DNA of 64,000 bases from positions 68,076,001 through 68,140,000 of the forward strand of contig NC_043007.1 of the NCBI RefSeq assembly GCF_006345805.1. Reading direction: 5' to 3'. The stretch's first letter is position 1. Each line of letters opens with the position of its first letter. Below the pieces are notes generated by a model. The model was not told where the DNA came from and did not search any database. It was given only the letters and a program-made list of their open reading frames with translations. This stretch comes from Octopus sinensis (lineage: Eukaryota). This document shows positions 1-17,460 of the stretch, piece by piece. The position numbers and the translations under genes are program-made.

Positions 1-420
1 GCTACCACCTTTACCACCACCATCACTATCGCCACCACTACCGCCACCACTACCATTGTTATCACTCTACCACCACTGCCACCACAACCATCGCAAGCAT
101 CTTCATCACTACACTCAACACCACTACCGCCACGACCACGACCACCACTGCCACCACAACCATCGCAAGCATCTTCATCATTACACTCAACACCACTACC
201 ACCACCTCCACGACCACGACCACCACTACCACCGCTACTACAATCACATTCACATTACCCCCTATTATCACTATAACTACCGCAACCACCACCACCATTA
301 CCAAAATCACCATCGCCATCACCGTAGTACCATCATCACTAACTCCACCACTACCACCACGTAAATTACCATCACTGAAATCCCTACCACTACCACCACC
401 ACCACCACCACCACGGCGTC
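1..420. repeat. Imperfect (CAC/ACC)n low-complexity tract with an internal ~60-bp duplication
   Basis: Degenerate accacc runs; the block accactgccaccacaaccatcgcaagcatcttcatca occurs twice. Explains the His-rich and Val-rich ORFs. Confidence 0.85.
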
Positions 421-869
421 CATGTTTCTCTTCAAACTGAATCCTGTTGGTGATCGCGAAAAGCAATTTATAATACGTTAGAACGACACAAATTGTCTTC
501 CTTTATCTTCCTTATCTTGTAAATATATGTATCCACTTTAGGATAGCTGTTGTTGTTGTTGTTGTTGCCTTCTGTATTCCTTCGCAGGTGTTTCAATACA
601 ACCAGATCTGATATGACTACTCTGCGCACACTCTCACACATACATCCAAGCATACGCACAGCTGCACGTACTCTGCTCGGCAATTACATAAATTAGGTTT
701 AGAAATATTGCAATGAAATAAAATACCAGAGAAAAAAAAGGAAAAACAAAACTAATAGGGAAGGTTTGCTAAACTAAAAACTTAAATTTTAGTTTGAATA
801 TAATTTCACTTTCAAATGTTGACTTTAGTCAAAGATAAACTTGTTTTCCTTAGGCCCACGGTCTACTTG

Positions 870-1250
870 AATAGGTACTTCCAACATATGTGACTCCATT
901 ATATAACTGGTAGTGGGGGAGAGCATCATAGCCATGTGTTGAGAGGAATTCTTTGGGGTTTGGATAATTCACCTCTGGAAACATGGGTGTTTCGTTCAAC
1001 ATCCTTAAAGAAACCTTATTCAGGGACCTTTTGAGCGGATGGGTTAATCGACCTGAAGAAAATTCTAACTTGGCCCCACCTGCAAGGTCATGCGCTGTTA
1101 ATGTTGATATGAGATCACCATGTTGTGCACATATGGTTGTGATGCATGTGCCTGGTGTATCCTTATCAGACGGGTAGTCATGATGGGTATACTGGGCTTC
1201 GTATATTTTATCCCAGTATCACTTTGATGGCATGCACTACTCTCTCACTC
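870..1250 (+). mobile_element. Probable 3' end of a non-LTR retroelement ending in a (TAA)n tail
   Basis: Complex, GC-richer segment running directly into a long (AAT)n array; no coding motif recognised, so family is unassigned. Confidence 0.35.
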
Positions 1251-1373
1251 AATATAATAATTAATAATATAATAATAATAATAATAATAATATAATAATA
1301 ATATGATAATAATAATAATAATAATAATAATAAAATAATAAAATAATAATATAATAATAATAATAATAATGAT

Positions 1374-1405
<32 letters not shown>

Positions 1406-1437
1406 TAATAATAATAAAATAATATAATATAATGATA

Positions 1438-1485
<48 letters not shown>

Positions 1486-1719
1486 TAATAATAATAATAA
1501 TAATAATAATATATAATAATAATAAAATAATAATAATAATAAATAATAATAATAATAATAAATAATAATAATAATAATAATAATAAATAATAATGATAAT
1601 AATATAATAAATAATATAATAATAATAATATAATAATAAAATAATAATAATAATATAATGATATAATAAAATAAATAATATAATAATGATAAAATAATAA
1701 TAATAATAATAATAATAAT

Positions 1720-1757
<38 letters not shown>

Positions 1758-1765
1758 CAACAATA
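1251..1765. repeat. (AAT)n microsatellite
   Basis: About 500 bp of imperfect aat repeats. Confidence 0.95.
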
Positions 1766-2374
1766 AAATAGTAATAATATGAATTTATGTGGGTGTGTTT
1801 CTTCCGAGAAGAGTTCTGTGTTGCATATCAAAACCAATCTCCCTTCACGGTACGTCAACTTTATTTTACGAATTCATACAATTTCCTTTTTTTTTTTTTT
1901 TGCAATCGCAGACCATCACTAATCCCTTACAGGGAAAAGAGGAAAAGCAAAGTTAGCACCGGCAGGATTTGAACTTAGAAGGCAGAAAATCGGATCTAAT
2001 ACCGCAATAACTTCCTGGCAGTAGTGAATACTCAGTTTAGGCAATGAACGACGGTATTGCCACAGGGTGATATTCTACTGATAAATATAACTCTGTTGCG
2101 TGTATATGGAAATATAGAGAAATTGATCGTAGAAAATAGAAAGGCAATACTTTCATTTTTAACTAAGTAGCTACCAGTTTTGGTCGCTTTATGACAACCT
2201 AGTCATGTTGGAATAAAACAGGAAATAAACTGAAACAAGTAAATAAAATTCATCTTTCATATTATCAGCTATGGAAGTTCACAGGTGTTTCTTCTGGAGA
2301 TCAATGGTGATGTATTTCATTTCCTTTCATATGTGTGGTGTGTAGGAATTATGTTCTTACTAATTCTCGCCATA

Positions 2375-2421
<47 letters not shown>

Positions 2422-2493
2422 ATATATATTTTATTTCATTCTTGTTTGTAAGAAAACTGTTAGGCAATGTATGTATTTATGTCTATCTATCTA

Positions 2494-2581
<88 letters not shown>

Positions 2582-2757
2582 CATCTATCTATCTATCTAT
2601 CTGTATTTATGTTTATATATATGCTTATGGTTGTACGCATGTGTATGTGAGCGAATGTATGTGTCATGTACGTACGTTTCCTTTGGCAAGTCACGCGTAT
2701 ACTTACGTGTTTGAAAGTCTAGGACTCGATGGACTGAAGTGCCGTTTCCAACAAATA

Positions 2758-2801
<44 letters not shown>

Positions 2802-3560
2802 CACACACACACACACACATACACACACACACACACATATACACACACATGCCTCCGTATGGTAAGAGACCGGATATAAGTTTACGCGATATCATTTGTA
2901 TAGTTAGTAGGAAAGATCTATATAAAAGGAGGAACAAAGGCGACTTCGGTATTCACTTAATCCCGGCAGAAATGAAAATGATATGAAGAAGAAACAACAA
3001 AGAGTCAGGAGTGTATGTATGAAAATATGCTTCAGATATTTCCAGGAATATAATCAAATATTCGTTATATAGGTTTCCACACATAATAACAAATTTGCTA
3101 TTGAAATCATCATTATTTATTCTCTGCGACATTAGTTATATCCATTTTGTATCCAGAAATTGATCAATCACCAAACGGAAATATCTGTTGTCTATGCCCG
3201 ATGCTCTACTCAACTGAAGGAGAAAAATTCATACAATTAAAACAAACTAAACGTGTGGCCTGTGTATATATATATATATTATATATATATATATAATATG
3301 TGTGTGTGTGTGTGTGGTGTGTGTGTATATATATATATATATATAATACATATATAATATATTGTATGTATATACACATATGCATATATATATATAACAT
3401 ACATAGGTATACATAGATATACATATACATACATACATATATATATATAATATATATGTATGTATGTATGTATACACACCACACACACTCATACACACAC
3501 AGATATATCAGTGAGTGGAGTGGGAATGATTTGAAATACGTTCAATTATCTGCTAATTAT

Positions 3561-3665
<105 letters not shown>

Positions 3666-4631
3666 TATATTATATATATATATATAATATATATATATAC
3701 ATATTTATATCATCTCTCCCTCTCTCTCTCTATCTATATATATTATATATATATATACATACAAATATACATACACACACACACACGCACACAACACACC
3801 ACACACACACACACACACACACACACACCACACACAACACACACACACATATATATATATATATATGTACTTATCCCAAACGTCATTTGAAACTCATTTG
3901 GAATGAAAGAATCCACCGCTAATATAAACATATAAACACATTCCAAAATGGCAGCAATTCCAGAAATTTCCATTCTGTTAAACAACTTTTTACCAATTCT
4001 TCTTTAGATCAACACCTGTCTCTGATGTCCAGTTTCCTCAAAGAAAGTTCGGTTATTCTTTTTCTGATTGCTATTATTGTCAAGTAGCTCGGGTGAGTTC
4101 AGATTTGTATAGTTCTGGAACATGCACAGATGTGATGTTCAGATTTGCTCTCACACGAATGTATTTTCGGATTCGATCCGATTGTGCAGCTTTTTGAATA
4201 TCAGTAGCTTATACTGCAACCTCAGTTTACCAATGACGCCTTATCCATCCCTCCATCCCTCCATCCATCCCTCCATCCATCCATCCATCCATCCATCCAT
4301 CCATCCATCTATCCATCCATCCATCCATACCTCTATCCATGCATCCATCTATCTCTCCACCCATCCGTCCGTTCATCCATCCAGCCGTCTGTCTTTTCAC
4401 TCCTTTATCCAGTCATCCATCCGTCCGTCCATCCGTCCGTCCGTCCGTCCATCCATCCATCCATCCATCAATCCATCCATCCATCCATCCATCTATCCAA
4501 CTATCGTTCCCTCCCTCTCTCCCTCCCTCCCTTCCTCTCGCCCGCCTTCCATTCGTTTCTTCTTCCACCGTCCCTCCGTCTTTCCAACTATCCTATCCAT
4601 CCGTCCATCCATCCATTCTTCCTTTCCCACC

Positions 4632-4790
4632 GCCCTGTGCTCACCGCCTGTGCTCACCGCCTGTGCTCACCGCCTGTGCTCACCGCCTGTGCTCACCGCC
4701 TGTGCTCACCTCCTGTGCTCACCGCCTGTGCTCACCGCCTGTGCTCACCGCCTGTGCTCACCGCCTGTGCTCACCGCCTGTGCTCACCGC
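4632..4790. repeat. 13-bp minisatellite (GCCTGTGCTCACC)n, about 12 copies
   Basis: Near-perfect tandem units; the 13-aa periodicity [13 protein letters not shown] in the ORF track confirms a 13-nt unit. Confidence 0.95.
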
Positions 4791-5480
4791 ATCATGTAAA
4801 AAATTGTTTCGGAGCAGTTATTACTGACCTTCAATAACTGCTAAAAAGAAGTTACTTAACAGCAGTTATTCTTGACCTTATATTATTTCTTAAAAAGAAG
4901 TCGAAAGCATTTATATCTGACCTTCAATCGTTACTTAAAAATAATTTATTTGAGATCAGTTATTTCTGAGCTTCAAGCATTACCAAAAAAATGAGTCGTT
5001 TGAGAAAAGTCATTCTTGAAAATCAATCATACCTAAAAAGAACTTGAGAGTAGTTCAATCATCGCCTAAAAGGAAGTTACTTGAAATCAGTTATTAACTG
5101 ACTTTCAGTCATTACCTAAAAAGAAGCTATTTAACACTAGTGTAATCAATGATATGTTCTCATAATTCCAGGTATGAGTATGAAGATTGCAAAAACAAAT
5201 TTACGTACTGACACAAAGACAAAGGCATACAAACACAGACTTTCACAGGTACACACACACACACACACACACACACTAACAGAAATACATATATACAAAC
5301 ACATAAGCACACACTCACACATTCATAGAATGTTTATTTTCTCAGAGTGTAAACTGAAATCCTTTCCTATCCTGGTGCGTATTAAAAGTAATAATAATAA
5401 GAACAACAACAATAACAACACATATACATGCACACAGATATGTATATGTATGTCTTTATGTTTGTCTCTCTGCCGTTTGA

Positions 5481-6611
<1,131 letters not shown>

Positions 6612-7150
6612 GTTTATGTCCACGTACCTGAGCGGTTCGCCAAAAGACACTGATAGAAGAAGCATCTGATTTTAGAAATAAACACTGGAGCCAATTTGTT
6701 CAACGAAAACCTTCAAGGCAATGCCCCAGCATAGCTGCAGTCCAATCAATAAAACATGTAAATGATAAAAGATAAACAATACAATCGTACTAATCGAGGT
6801 ATAAGAAAGTCTCATTAACTGCGGATATATTAAACTCTACCAAATTGTTCTGTTAGTTACACAAATTATTTCCCAATTCCCACTCACAACACACCAGGTG
6901 TTTTTGAGCACTTATATTTTTTTTACTTTTTCATCAAAAAAGATCAATATTCCCCTATTGAACTTTTAGCAGAATATCCAAATCTTGCTTCTTAATCTAA
7001 ATGTTCAAATAACGAAATTATCAATAACACTGTTGTTACTCGATTAGAAAAATGTTTGTATTTGATAAAAAAAGATATTTGATTCTTCCATTGAAAGTGT
7101 TCTTATATTTAAAGTTGTTTTTATTTGTTTAAAGGTGATACATACATACA

Positions 7151-7183
<33 letters not shown>

Positions 7184-7197
7184 GTATATATATATAC

Positions 7198-7249
<52 letters not shown>

Positions 7250-7472
7250 TATATGGGTATAATTTCTTTATATATATGCATACATATGCATTTATGTTTG
7301 TGTATATATATATGCATATGCATGAATGTTTGAACATTCACAAATATCTATGCGCGCGCACACACACACACATTCTCAGACATAACGTTAATTTCTTTAA
7401 AGGTCTAAGTTCGATGATCGATATTGAAGTTAAAAAATAATTGTTTTAGAAGGCGTGCGTGTACACATGCAT

Positions 7473-7516
<44 letters not shown>

Positions 7517-7717
7517 ATTATCTCTCTCTCCTCACCCACATCACACAAATATATACACACATACATCACACATTTACCTACTCACACACACACACATATG
7601 TAGGCGCCGAATGGTTTAGAAGTTCGCTTTGCAATCACGAAGTTCCTGGTTCGATCTCAGTACTTTTGCATCTTGGGTAAATGTAATTTGCTATAAAGAC
7701 ACATACACACAGACACA

Positions 7718-7763
<46 letters not shown>

Positions 7764-7933
7764 CGTACGTACGTACACACGTACATACGAGTGGCTCTTT
7801 TCAGTTTCTTTCTATCAAACGAATTCTCAAGATTTTGGTCGACTCAAGATTGTAGTAGAAGACATCGAAGCCACCACAATGTGGCTGGACCTGAAACCAT
7901 GAGGTTAGGAAGCAAATCTCTTAATCGTACAAA

Positions 7934-7988
<55 letters not shown>

Positions 7989-10662
7989 ACACACACACAC
8001 ACCACACACACACACACACACACATGCTGACTTACACATATCACATACACCTAAATCAGTATTCTTATAACATAATTCAGTTCCCTGGAGATATTTTCAT
8101 CTTAAGGATATTGTCAAGCGGAAAACGTTGTTTCATCCTTATCTCGAGTAGATCGAATCACTGGCTAATCAAGAGCCGCTCTGTGCTTATGAGCTTGCAT
8201 CAAACGGTTACTACTTACATATTTGTTGAAGCTGGCCGACACGTTTGGTTTGCAGAAACAAAACCTCTCCTATTGCTACGTAAGTATTTTCACATGGGTG
8301 TAATGCGTCCGAGTGAATAGATTTGTATGTATGCATATAACCTTTAGGCCTGAGTTACAGCTCAGAAATTTTATTCGTTAACAAGCTGTGTTGTGTAACA
8401 TAATAGTTGATAACACTGATATCGAAATATTATGAATAAAGAGATGGTAGCGTGGGACAGCGGGCGGCAGTAGAAAATATAACCTTTAGGAAAAAGAAAT
8501 ATTTATTTTTCCTTTTCTGTTTCCATAGCTCTATTTCTACGCTGGAAATATTCAATGTTAACTACATTCCTTTCAATTCTTGCCGTAATACAAGGTCTAT
8601 CATAGCCATCTTAGATAGTCTCTACCTTGTTTTTTTATAAGTTGTTTTTAGATAATCAACAACGTGTTCAATATTATAGATTTAAAAAAAAAAAAAATGA
8701 AAAAGCAAAAGAAAAAGAATGCAATAAATAGCTAAATAAACAATGGCGATCGAATATTTCTCCTGTCCTACGAAATGGAAGCGGGAGATATACTACTGAC
8801 AATGTAGAATAAGATATAAAAATACGAAAGACGAGGTTAATGGCGTGGAAGGCGAAGTGGCTGTATCAATAACTTATATCTAAAAATTATAGATATTTCG
8901 TGTATGTCTGCTTGTATTTATTCTCAATTATGTTTGGGTTTTCATTTTCCTTGTCGTCAATTTTAGTGTGATGTCAATCCATAAAATCTCAGTAGACATA
9001 AGAACATAATTCGAAAGTTTCTATCGGGATGAAATTTTTATGTATTTCTTTACTTAACGGTCGGACCTCTGTCAAAACAGATTATATAAAACACGTAACA
9101 AAAACAACCCTAGGTTTAGATTTGTTTCTCTGTCTATATATGTAAACTAAATCAATTATTTTATTAAAACTATGATTATATTAAGAATTTTCAGAGCAAA
9201 TAGGAGAATCAATAACGATTAATAATTTGCAATGTTCATTTTCTTAAATAATCTTCAGCGATATTAACTTTTATTAACTTTTGGCGTGGAATGTATTGTT
9301 ACGTAGCATAGACTGTAGATTGAAATTACTACTCTTCCTTGTCCTCCCTCTGCTCCTCCACCCATCCTCCATTTCTTTTACCTTCTTAACGGTGTAGTGC
9401 AGCGACCTCTAGGGACAAAACAACACTCTCGAACCAAATATATTACTTCCATCCCTCACCTTTTTCTCATTCTACTATCATGTTCCTGTATTCTCTTCAG
9501 GGCACAGAACTAAACATTTCGATCAGTTCATGCTGCGATGGGGTGCAAGCGTCTAGAATTCTTTCCCGAACATTGCTTTTCATAAAGCAAACATTTTATT
9601 TTCCCAAGATGCATCGACCGCATCTCTCTCACCGGACTGGGAAAACTTGGAGGTGCTACCTCATTCCTTGACTAATTACCATATAACAAACTAAACTCAG
9701 CACCAACATACAATGAAACGTAATCAGGACTCGGGCCTTGCAGACAGCCATCATTCGGTGACGGCATAAAAGTGTACATATATGTATACATACATACATA
9801 CATACATACATACATACATACATACATACAAATATGAATATATACATATATCTACATGCACATACACATATATATTTATACATGTATATTTACATTATGT
9901 GTATATATGTTAGGTATGTATATACATATACATACATATATACATATATATACATTATGTATATACGTTAGGTATGTATATACAAATACACACATACATA
10001 TATATACATATACATATAAAAATACACACATACATATATACATATATTTATATAAATATATATACGCACATTCATGCATATATTATATAATATACATATA
10101 CACGTACATATGTACATATCTTTATACACACACACACATATATATATATGCACACACATGTATGTAGGTATGCGTGTGTGTATGTGTGTGTGTGTGTGGT
10201 GTGTGTGTGTGTGATTCAGATAATGGCTTTTATAACGTTTGTCATATCTCAGATTAGTCAAAAGGCGATTTTCATGTAATCATCGTACTTTGTCGTGGAA
10301 GGTCGTTCCACATTCAGTATCGTCTTTGGTAGATATTCTCTTCCAATTTAAACGCCTGTACTCTCTGTAACATTACAAGTGGCCCGACAATCCTATTCAA
10401 AGCTTTCTTGCGACATTACGGAAAATATTGTAAACACAAACACGTTGCTCATCCAAATCCTTCATTGTTGGACTTGCGATAAAACGTTAGCTGCACTAAA
10501 CATACGTTCAGTCTAATTCGTGTTTATCGATTACTAACTCATGTTCCGTGGTGTGGCTATTATAAGATTGAAGTTCAAGGTCACTCGTACACAGCACAGT
10601 CGCAAGCATACCGCACCGGTTGGTTATCCAATATTTGAGTTTATTTTGGCGACAGATCCCAT

Positions 10663-10674
10663 ATCTATCAATCA

Positions 10675-10759
<85 letters not shown>

Positions 10760-10822
10760 CCTGTCTGTCTGTCTGCCTGTCTGTCTGTCTGTCTGTCTGT
10801 ATGTATGTATGTATGTATGTCT
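10663..10822. repeat. Compound (TATC)n(TGTC)n(TGTA)n microsatellite at the 5' junction of Tx1-like copy 1
   Basis: Direct inspection. Confidence 0.95.
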
Positions 10823-12768
10823 GTCTACGTTTGTGGTAGCAAAACACATTTAAAAACTAAATGCCCACTAGCACAGAAACAACAGCAACAACAACGACAA
10901 AAACAAGACCACGAAAAACAGCAACCACAAGAAAACCAAAAACCGAGCAAAAAACAGTACTACTATCCACACCGCCATATGCATAACTAATTAAGCAACT
11001 CTACAAACAAATGAAGGAACATCAGCAACCAACAAGCCAGCCAAACCAAACAACATCATCACCACCGCCACCAAGAACAGAACCAACACCATCATCGCCA
11101 CCACCAATAACTCCACAGGAAGAAGAGGAAACCAAAAAGACTCATACCCCACCCCCAAAAACCCAACATCACATCCCAACTGTCATCAAACAGCCCTAAC
11201 ACCACCACCAACAAAACCAACCTTTCGCCTTCCACCCTCTGATTCGTCCGACATGTCGTCAGATGAAGACGACACAAAGAATTGGCAAGTGGCCACAGGG
11301 AGAAGGAGAAAAAGTGTGTGTGTGGGGGGGGGGGGGAATAGAGAAGCAGACAAGCAAAGCGGGGAGGTTTACCATTCCCGAAGCCAAAACACCGCAGAAA
11401 ACAAAAGCATCAACACAAACACACCAACAACCCCCAACAATGTTGACAGCTATAACCAATCCAAACCTAATGGAATACAGTAGGTCAAACACTAACATAA
11501 CAGAAAATGATACCAAAACAAAGAATCACTCACGCACAACACCACCACAACACATTAAAATCATACACACAACACAGAACACAAACAGCACACTGAAATC
11601 TCTCTATCCGGATGCAGTAGGGAGATTCCAAAAATACCTCTCTAAAAAACTATATAAAAAACTTCTGGAAGAAGACTGTGAGGTGACGGGCAAAGAACTT
11701 TCGGACAGTAAGTAACTCCGTCTATAGCAAGTATGTTGCGAGTGAAAGAACCTGTTTAAACGAGAATGTAAAAAAAGGAGAAAGCAAAGTCTTCAGTGTG
11801 GGTATATTGTCTGTGGGGTCAACCGCGTCCTCCGCTTCATTTTTTGTTAATCACTCATTCTCATTTAACTGTATATATTTTAGTTGTTTGTTTATTCATA
11901 CGTTTCGTCTCATTCGATAATCTGACCCCAACGTTTGCTTTGTCTGTCCCCGTATTGTCCCCTCTTTTTCTCAACCTTATGGTGTATAAAGAAATTCTCT
12001 CTCTCTCTCTTTCTCTCTTGTCTCCCTTTCGTGTGTAAAACACAACCTTCGACAGGAACATGCTTAAAATAGGTAGTATAAATGCAGGTGGCTTGGGGTC
12101 GCCTTGGAAACAAGGCTACCTGTTACAAAGGTGTTCTATAGAGGATTAGTGGAGGGGAGGTGTGACGACGTTCTCAGGCAGAATCTGGGCGTCGACGAGG
12201 AACACCTGACCCGCCTATTCATGACAACTTTCGGGCCGGGATCTATGGACAATCACCAAAGTTCCCTGCCCTGGCAATGCTATCGAGAAGCATTACCTGT
12301 TCGGGATAAGCTCTACAGTCACGGTTCGAGACACACCTGACCGACTTGCCCGAGATGCGGTCAGAGCGACGAAACCGTTCTGCACGCACTCGTGCAGTGT
12401 CCAACCATTTCGGACCTGTGGGCTTGTGCCGAACGGTTGCTGTTACGTGTGGGACGAGTCCGCCTGTCGGCTGAGTCTATCGTGACAATTGCTCCGCCAC
12501 CTTCCCTCAACCGGGAAGGCAAGGCAGTTCATCGTACTGGTGGGTATGGTGAAAGAATATGTGTGGTGGACTCGAGTGAAAGGATTAGAGACAAACACTT
12601 ACCTCTCTGGGGAATCGCTCATCAACTTTTTCAAGTACCACTTGAAAAGGAAGGTGAGAATGGAAAGGCAGGTTTTGTCTTGTGAAAGTTTCAAAAAGAG
12701 GTGGGTGAATATAGCAAAGATGGTACGTGCGAGTGACGAAACTACTTTGAGCATGATCCTGTAAATCG

Positions 12769-12825
<57 letters not shown>

Positions 12826-13078
12826 CCCTTTGCTCTCATGTGTTTATTCCCTCCCTACCTGAGGATACAGTGGTCTTTCCGTAGGCTTGCTTTTTACATT
12901 TTAAAATTCTTCTGTGATACACGATCCCTTTTGATCGCCTTTTATTTTTTATCCCAATCCTTTTGATCGGAATTTTACTTTTTTTCTCATTTTCCCCTTT
13001 TTCTTTTTCATTTTCGAAAAGAAAAGCTCTACATTTGTATTTTTCCATTCTGTGTTCAGCCCCGTGTGGCCAATAAAG

Positions 13079-13080
<2 letters not shown>
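10823..13080 (+). mobile_element. Tx1/L1-clade LINE copy 1: 5'-truncated in ORF1, large internal deletion in ORF2
   Basis: Starts at a zinc-knuckle remnant ([13 protein letters not shown]), then a Q/P/T-rich ORF1 tail, then ORF2 start MLKIGSINAGGLG (APE-like, ATG 12060) fused to the ORF2 C-terminus (CPRCGQSDETVLHALVQC); 3' UTR ends AATAAA-GCT-(ATCT)n. Confidence 0.88.
10826..11715 (+). pseudogene. ORF1 (gag-like) C-terminal remnant of Tx1-like LINE
   Basis: [14 protein letters not shown] matches CX2CX4HX4C lacking the first Cys at the truncation point; broken by stops and a poly-G frameshift. Confidence 0.6.
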
Positions 13081-13159
<79 letters not shown>

Positions 13160-13180
13160 CCTATCTATCTATCTATCTAT

Positions 13181-13182
<2 letters not shown>
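13079..13182. repeat. (TATC)n array between the two Tx1-like copies
   Basis: Direct inspection. Confidence 0.95.
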
Positions 13183-15099
<1,917 letters not shown>

Positions 15100-16379
15100 G
15101 TCCGTCTGTTTGTCCGCTAAAGTGTGCGTAGTACAGGTCGTCACCAAGCAACGCTCAGATAAATCCGAAACTTGAACTCCAGCTCGTTCATGGAGAGCAA
15201 GTAGCTCCGGTGCAGAGAGTCGGCAACGGGAACAAACTTCGTCGAACGGGTATAAAAATAAAACAAAACAAAAAGAAACCCTGTCAGATAAACAAAAGTA
15301 GGCATAAGAAGGTTATTTACATGGAATACAAATAATCAAAAGAAAAAAGGAAGAAAGTTAACAGTCTTAGCTTTATAGCTGTTTCGAATGAATTATTATT
15401 AGTGCCGCAAACCATATGTATTATGCAATAAAGCCCCAGAATATCATAGGTGTATGAAATAGCATGATTTTTTATGGATCCCAGAAGCTATTAGCTAATG
15501 GCCACGAATCTTTTCACAAGGACTACATGATTTCGCATCAATTCGTGTTATTCCATTCTCCTACGATATTATGGGACTCTCTCACATGATATATATGGTT
15601 ATGACACCTATCATGATTCATCCAAAACAGCTATAAAAATACGACTATTATTTCATTCCATTTGGCCTTTTATTTATTCGTATTCTATGTAAATACGCTC
15701 CTTACGGCTACTTTTCGAATCTGCCCTTCTTCTTTCTTTCTTTCTTCTCTTTCTTTCTTTCTTTCTTCTTCTTCTTCTTCTTCTTCTTCTTCTTCTTCTT
15801 CTTCTTCTTCTTCTTCTTCTTCTTCTTCTTCTTCTTCTTCTTCTCTCGCTCTCACTCCCATCTTCTATACATACACATACACATACACAGGTAACTGTAT
15901 ATATACATACATAATATATATAAAATGTATTATTATGTTTATATATATATAAACTCCGCTACTGAATGCTTATAGAGGCCGTCGGCGATAAAACTGGCAA
16001 CAACACCAAGTTTTTATGGAAAGAAAGATGATTATTGAACACCCTTCTGGAAGAAAAACAAAATCTTCCAGGAGAGATGAATGAACCCTAGAGAGTCACT
16101 GACCATCCAATACCCACTAGGCTGTCCGGGACAACATCTCAAATTGTGGGAGATACGTCCCACTCTGGAAATTGCAATGACTATAGTATCAAGTATGTAT
16201 AGGCTTGTTCTTGTCCTCTGTGTTGACTACAGATCACCGAGGGAATACTAGAGTGCCACTTGTAATTGTAAAGGATATTTACTCTTAAATCCTTTTCAAG
16301 TGGTCTTGTCAAATAATGTCAATAAAATAGAGGAAATAGATTACTGCCTGGGTTACCAAGGATCGTAGTGACCCTCCTC

Positions 16380-16900
16380 CAGTAACAGCGAAAAGTTTAG
16401 GGCGCAAGAAACCGAGTTTGATGAGACAAATCGACCGGAGAATTGCACCACACTCATGGCAGTGCGTTTGCAAAAAGGCAACATTTACATAGCTGCCGTG
16501 TGCGACACACGATTTCTAGACTATAGCCTTATCGAAGATATTGGGTAAAGATTCTTTTGGTGTGAGAAACCAACATAACAGAGATGTGATACCCTTACCA
16601 TAAACCCAAACTCCAGGATTATGGCATGTTTAGATTAGGAAGAAATTACTCGTGTTGAGTAGCATGCAGTAAAGTCACCCAGTATTACTGGTAAACATGA
16701 TGTGGGGAAGTGCATCAGATATCAGGAACAACTAATTTTACCTATGCTAGGTTAAGATAAAAAAAAAAGGGTTTACCATTACCAGCGCCATCTTCAAATG
16801 GAAGGAAGGACAGAAAGTAATCTGGATGCAACTGCCCTCCAAGCACTATCATCTCCTATATTACATCATGAAAAGGCACCAGACTCGAGATATACATTTT
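16380..16900 (+). mobile_element. Degraded RTE-clade LINE endonuclease fragment
   Basis: Translates to RPENCTTLMAVRLQKGNIYIAAVCDTRF..RFFWC and GKHDVGKC, resembling the RTE APE N-terminus (ERRTALVA.EL.RY.IDIAALSETR; GKHGVGKC). Confidence 0.65.
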
Positions 16901-16998
16901 ATATAACTGTCGAGAAGAGCAAACTGCAGCAAGGATCACCAAACTGAAGACAGCTTTTCCGTTACGAAGTTGGGGGAAGGGGTTGTTAAGCAGTGAAA

Positions 16999-17460
16999 TT
17001 GCTATTCACTGCGTTTTCTCACGGTGAATATATCTCGCTTGTTGACAAATGTGGAGTATACAATTAGATTAGCTCCCATCTACCTAGACTGTGAGATGCT
17101 AGCATTTCAGAGTAGATTGTTCCTCGGTTCGAACGTGCATCAAGCATATTCGAGTTGATAATAACATTGCGATTTCACTTATCACTGCTTAGCGCTCCCC
17201 CTCTAGTAATTTACTTACGGTGAGCGCAGTATAGCGCTGCCAGTCATCGTACGGTGACTGGAAAAACATAAGAGAAGTAATCTCTTAATTCAGCTCTTAG
17301 TGTTGACTGACTAGTGTCTGTGACCGATGAGGAAATAACTACTCCGAAATGCTAGCATCTCACAGTCTAGATAGATGGCGCTGCAAGCTGACCTAGACGT
17401 ATACACACCTTGTGTCTACAAGCGAGATATATTCTCCGTTACAAAACGCAGTGAGTAGCT
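16999..17460. mobile_element. Foldback/MITE-like element with ~130-bp inverted arms
   Basis: 16999-17128 (gctattcactgcgtttt...ctagactgtgagatgctagcatttc...cctcggt) is the imperfect reverse complement of 17323-17460. Confidence 0.6.

Noticed and set aside
3870-3985. Hydrophobic minus-strand segment MEISGIAAILECVYMFILAVDSF as a membrane-protein exon
   Set aside because: No convincing donor site and no recognised homology.
4632-4790. Possible CRISPR-like array
   Set aside because: Units are directly adjacent with no unique spacers, in a eukaryotic context.
4122-4827. 225-aa and 162-aa ORFs with SIHP and [13 protein letters not shown] repeats
   Set aside because: Produced by (TCCA)n plus a 13-bp minisatellite that is not a multiple of three.
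7600-7680. tRNA-like sequence ggcgccgaatggtttagaag...ggttcgatctc
   Set aside because: No proper acceptor stem, and it continues into SINE B-like body sequence; a SINE head.
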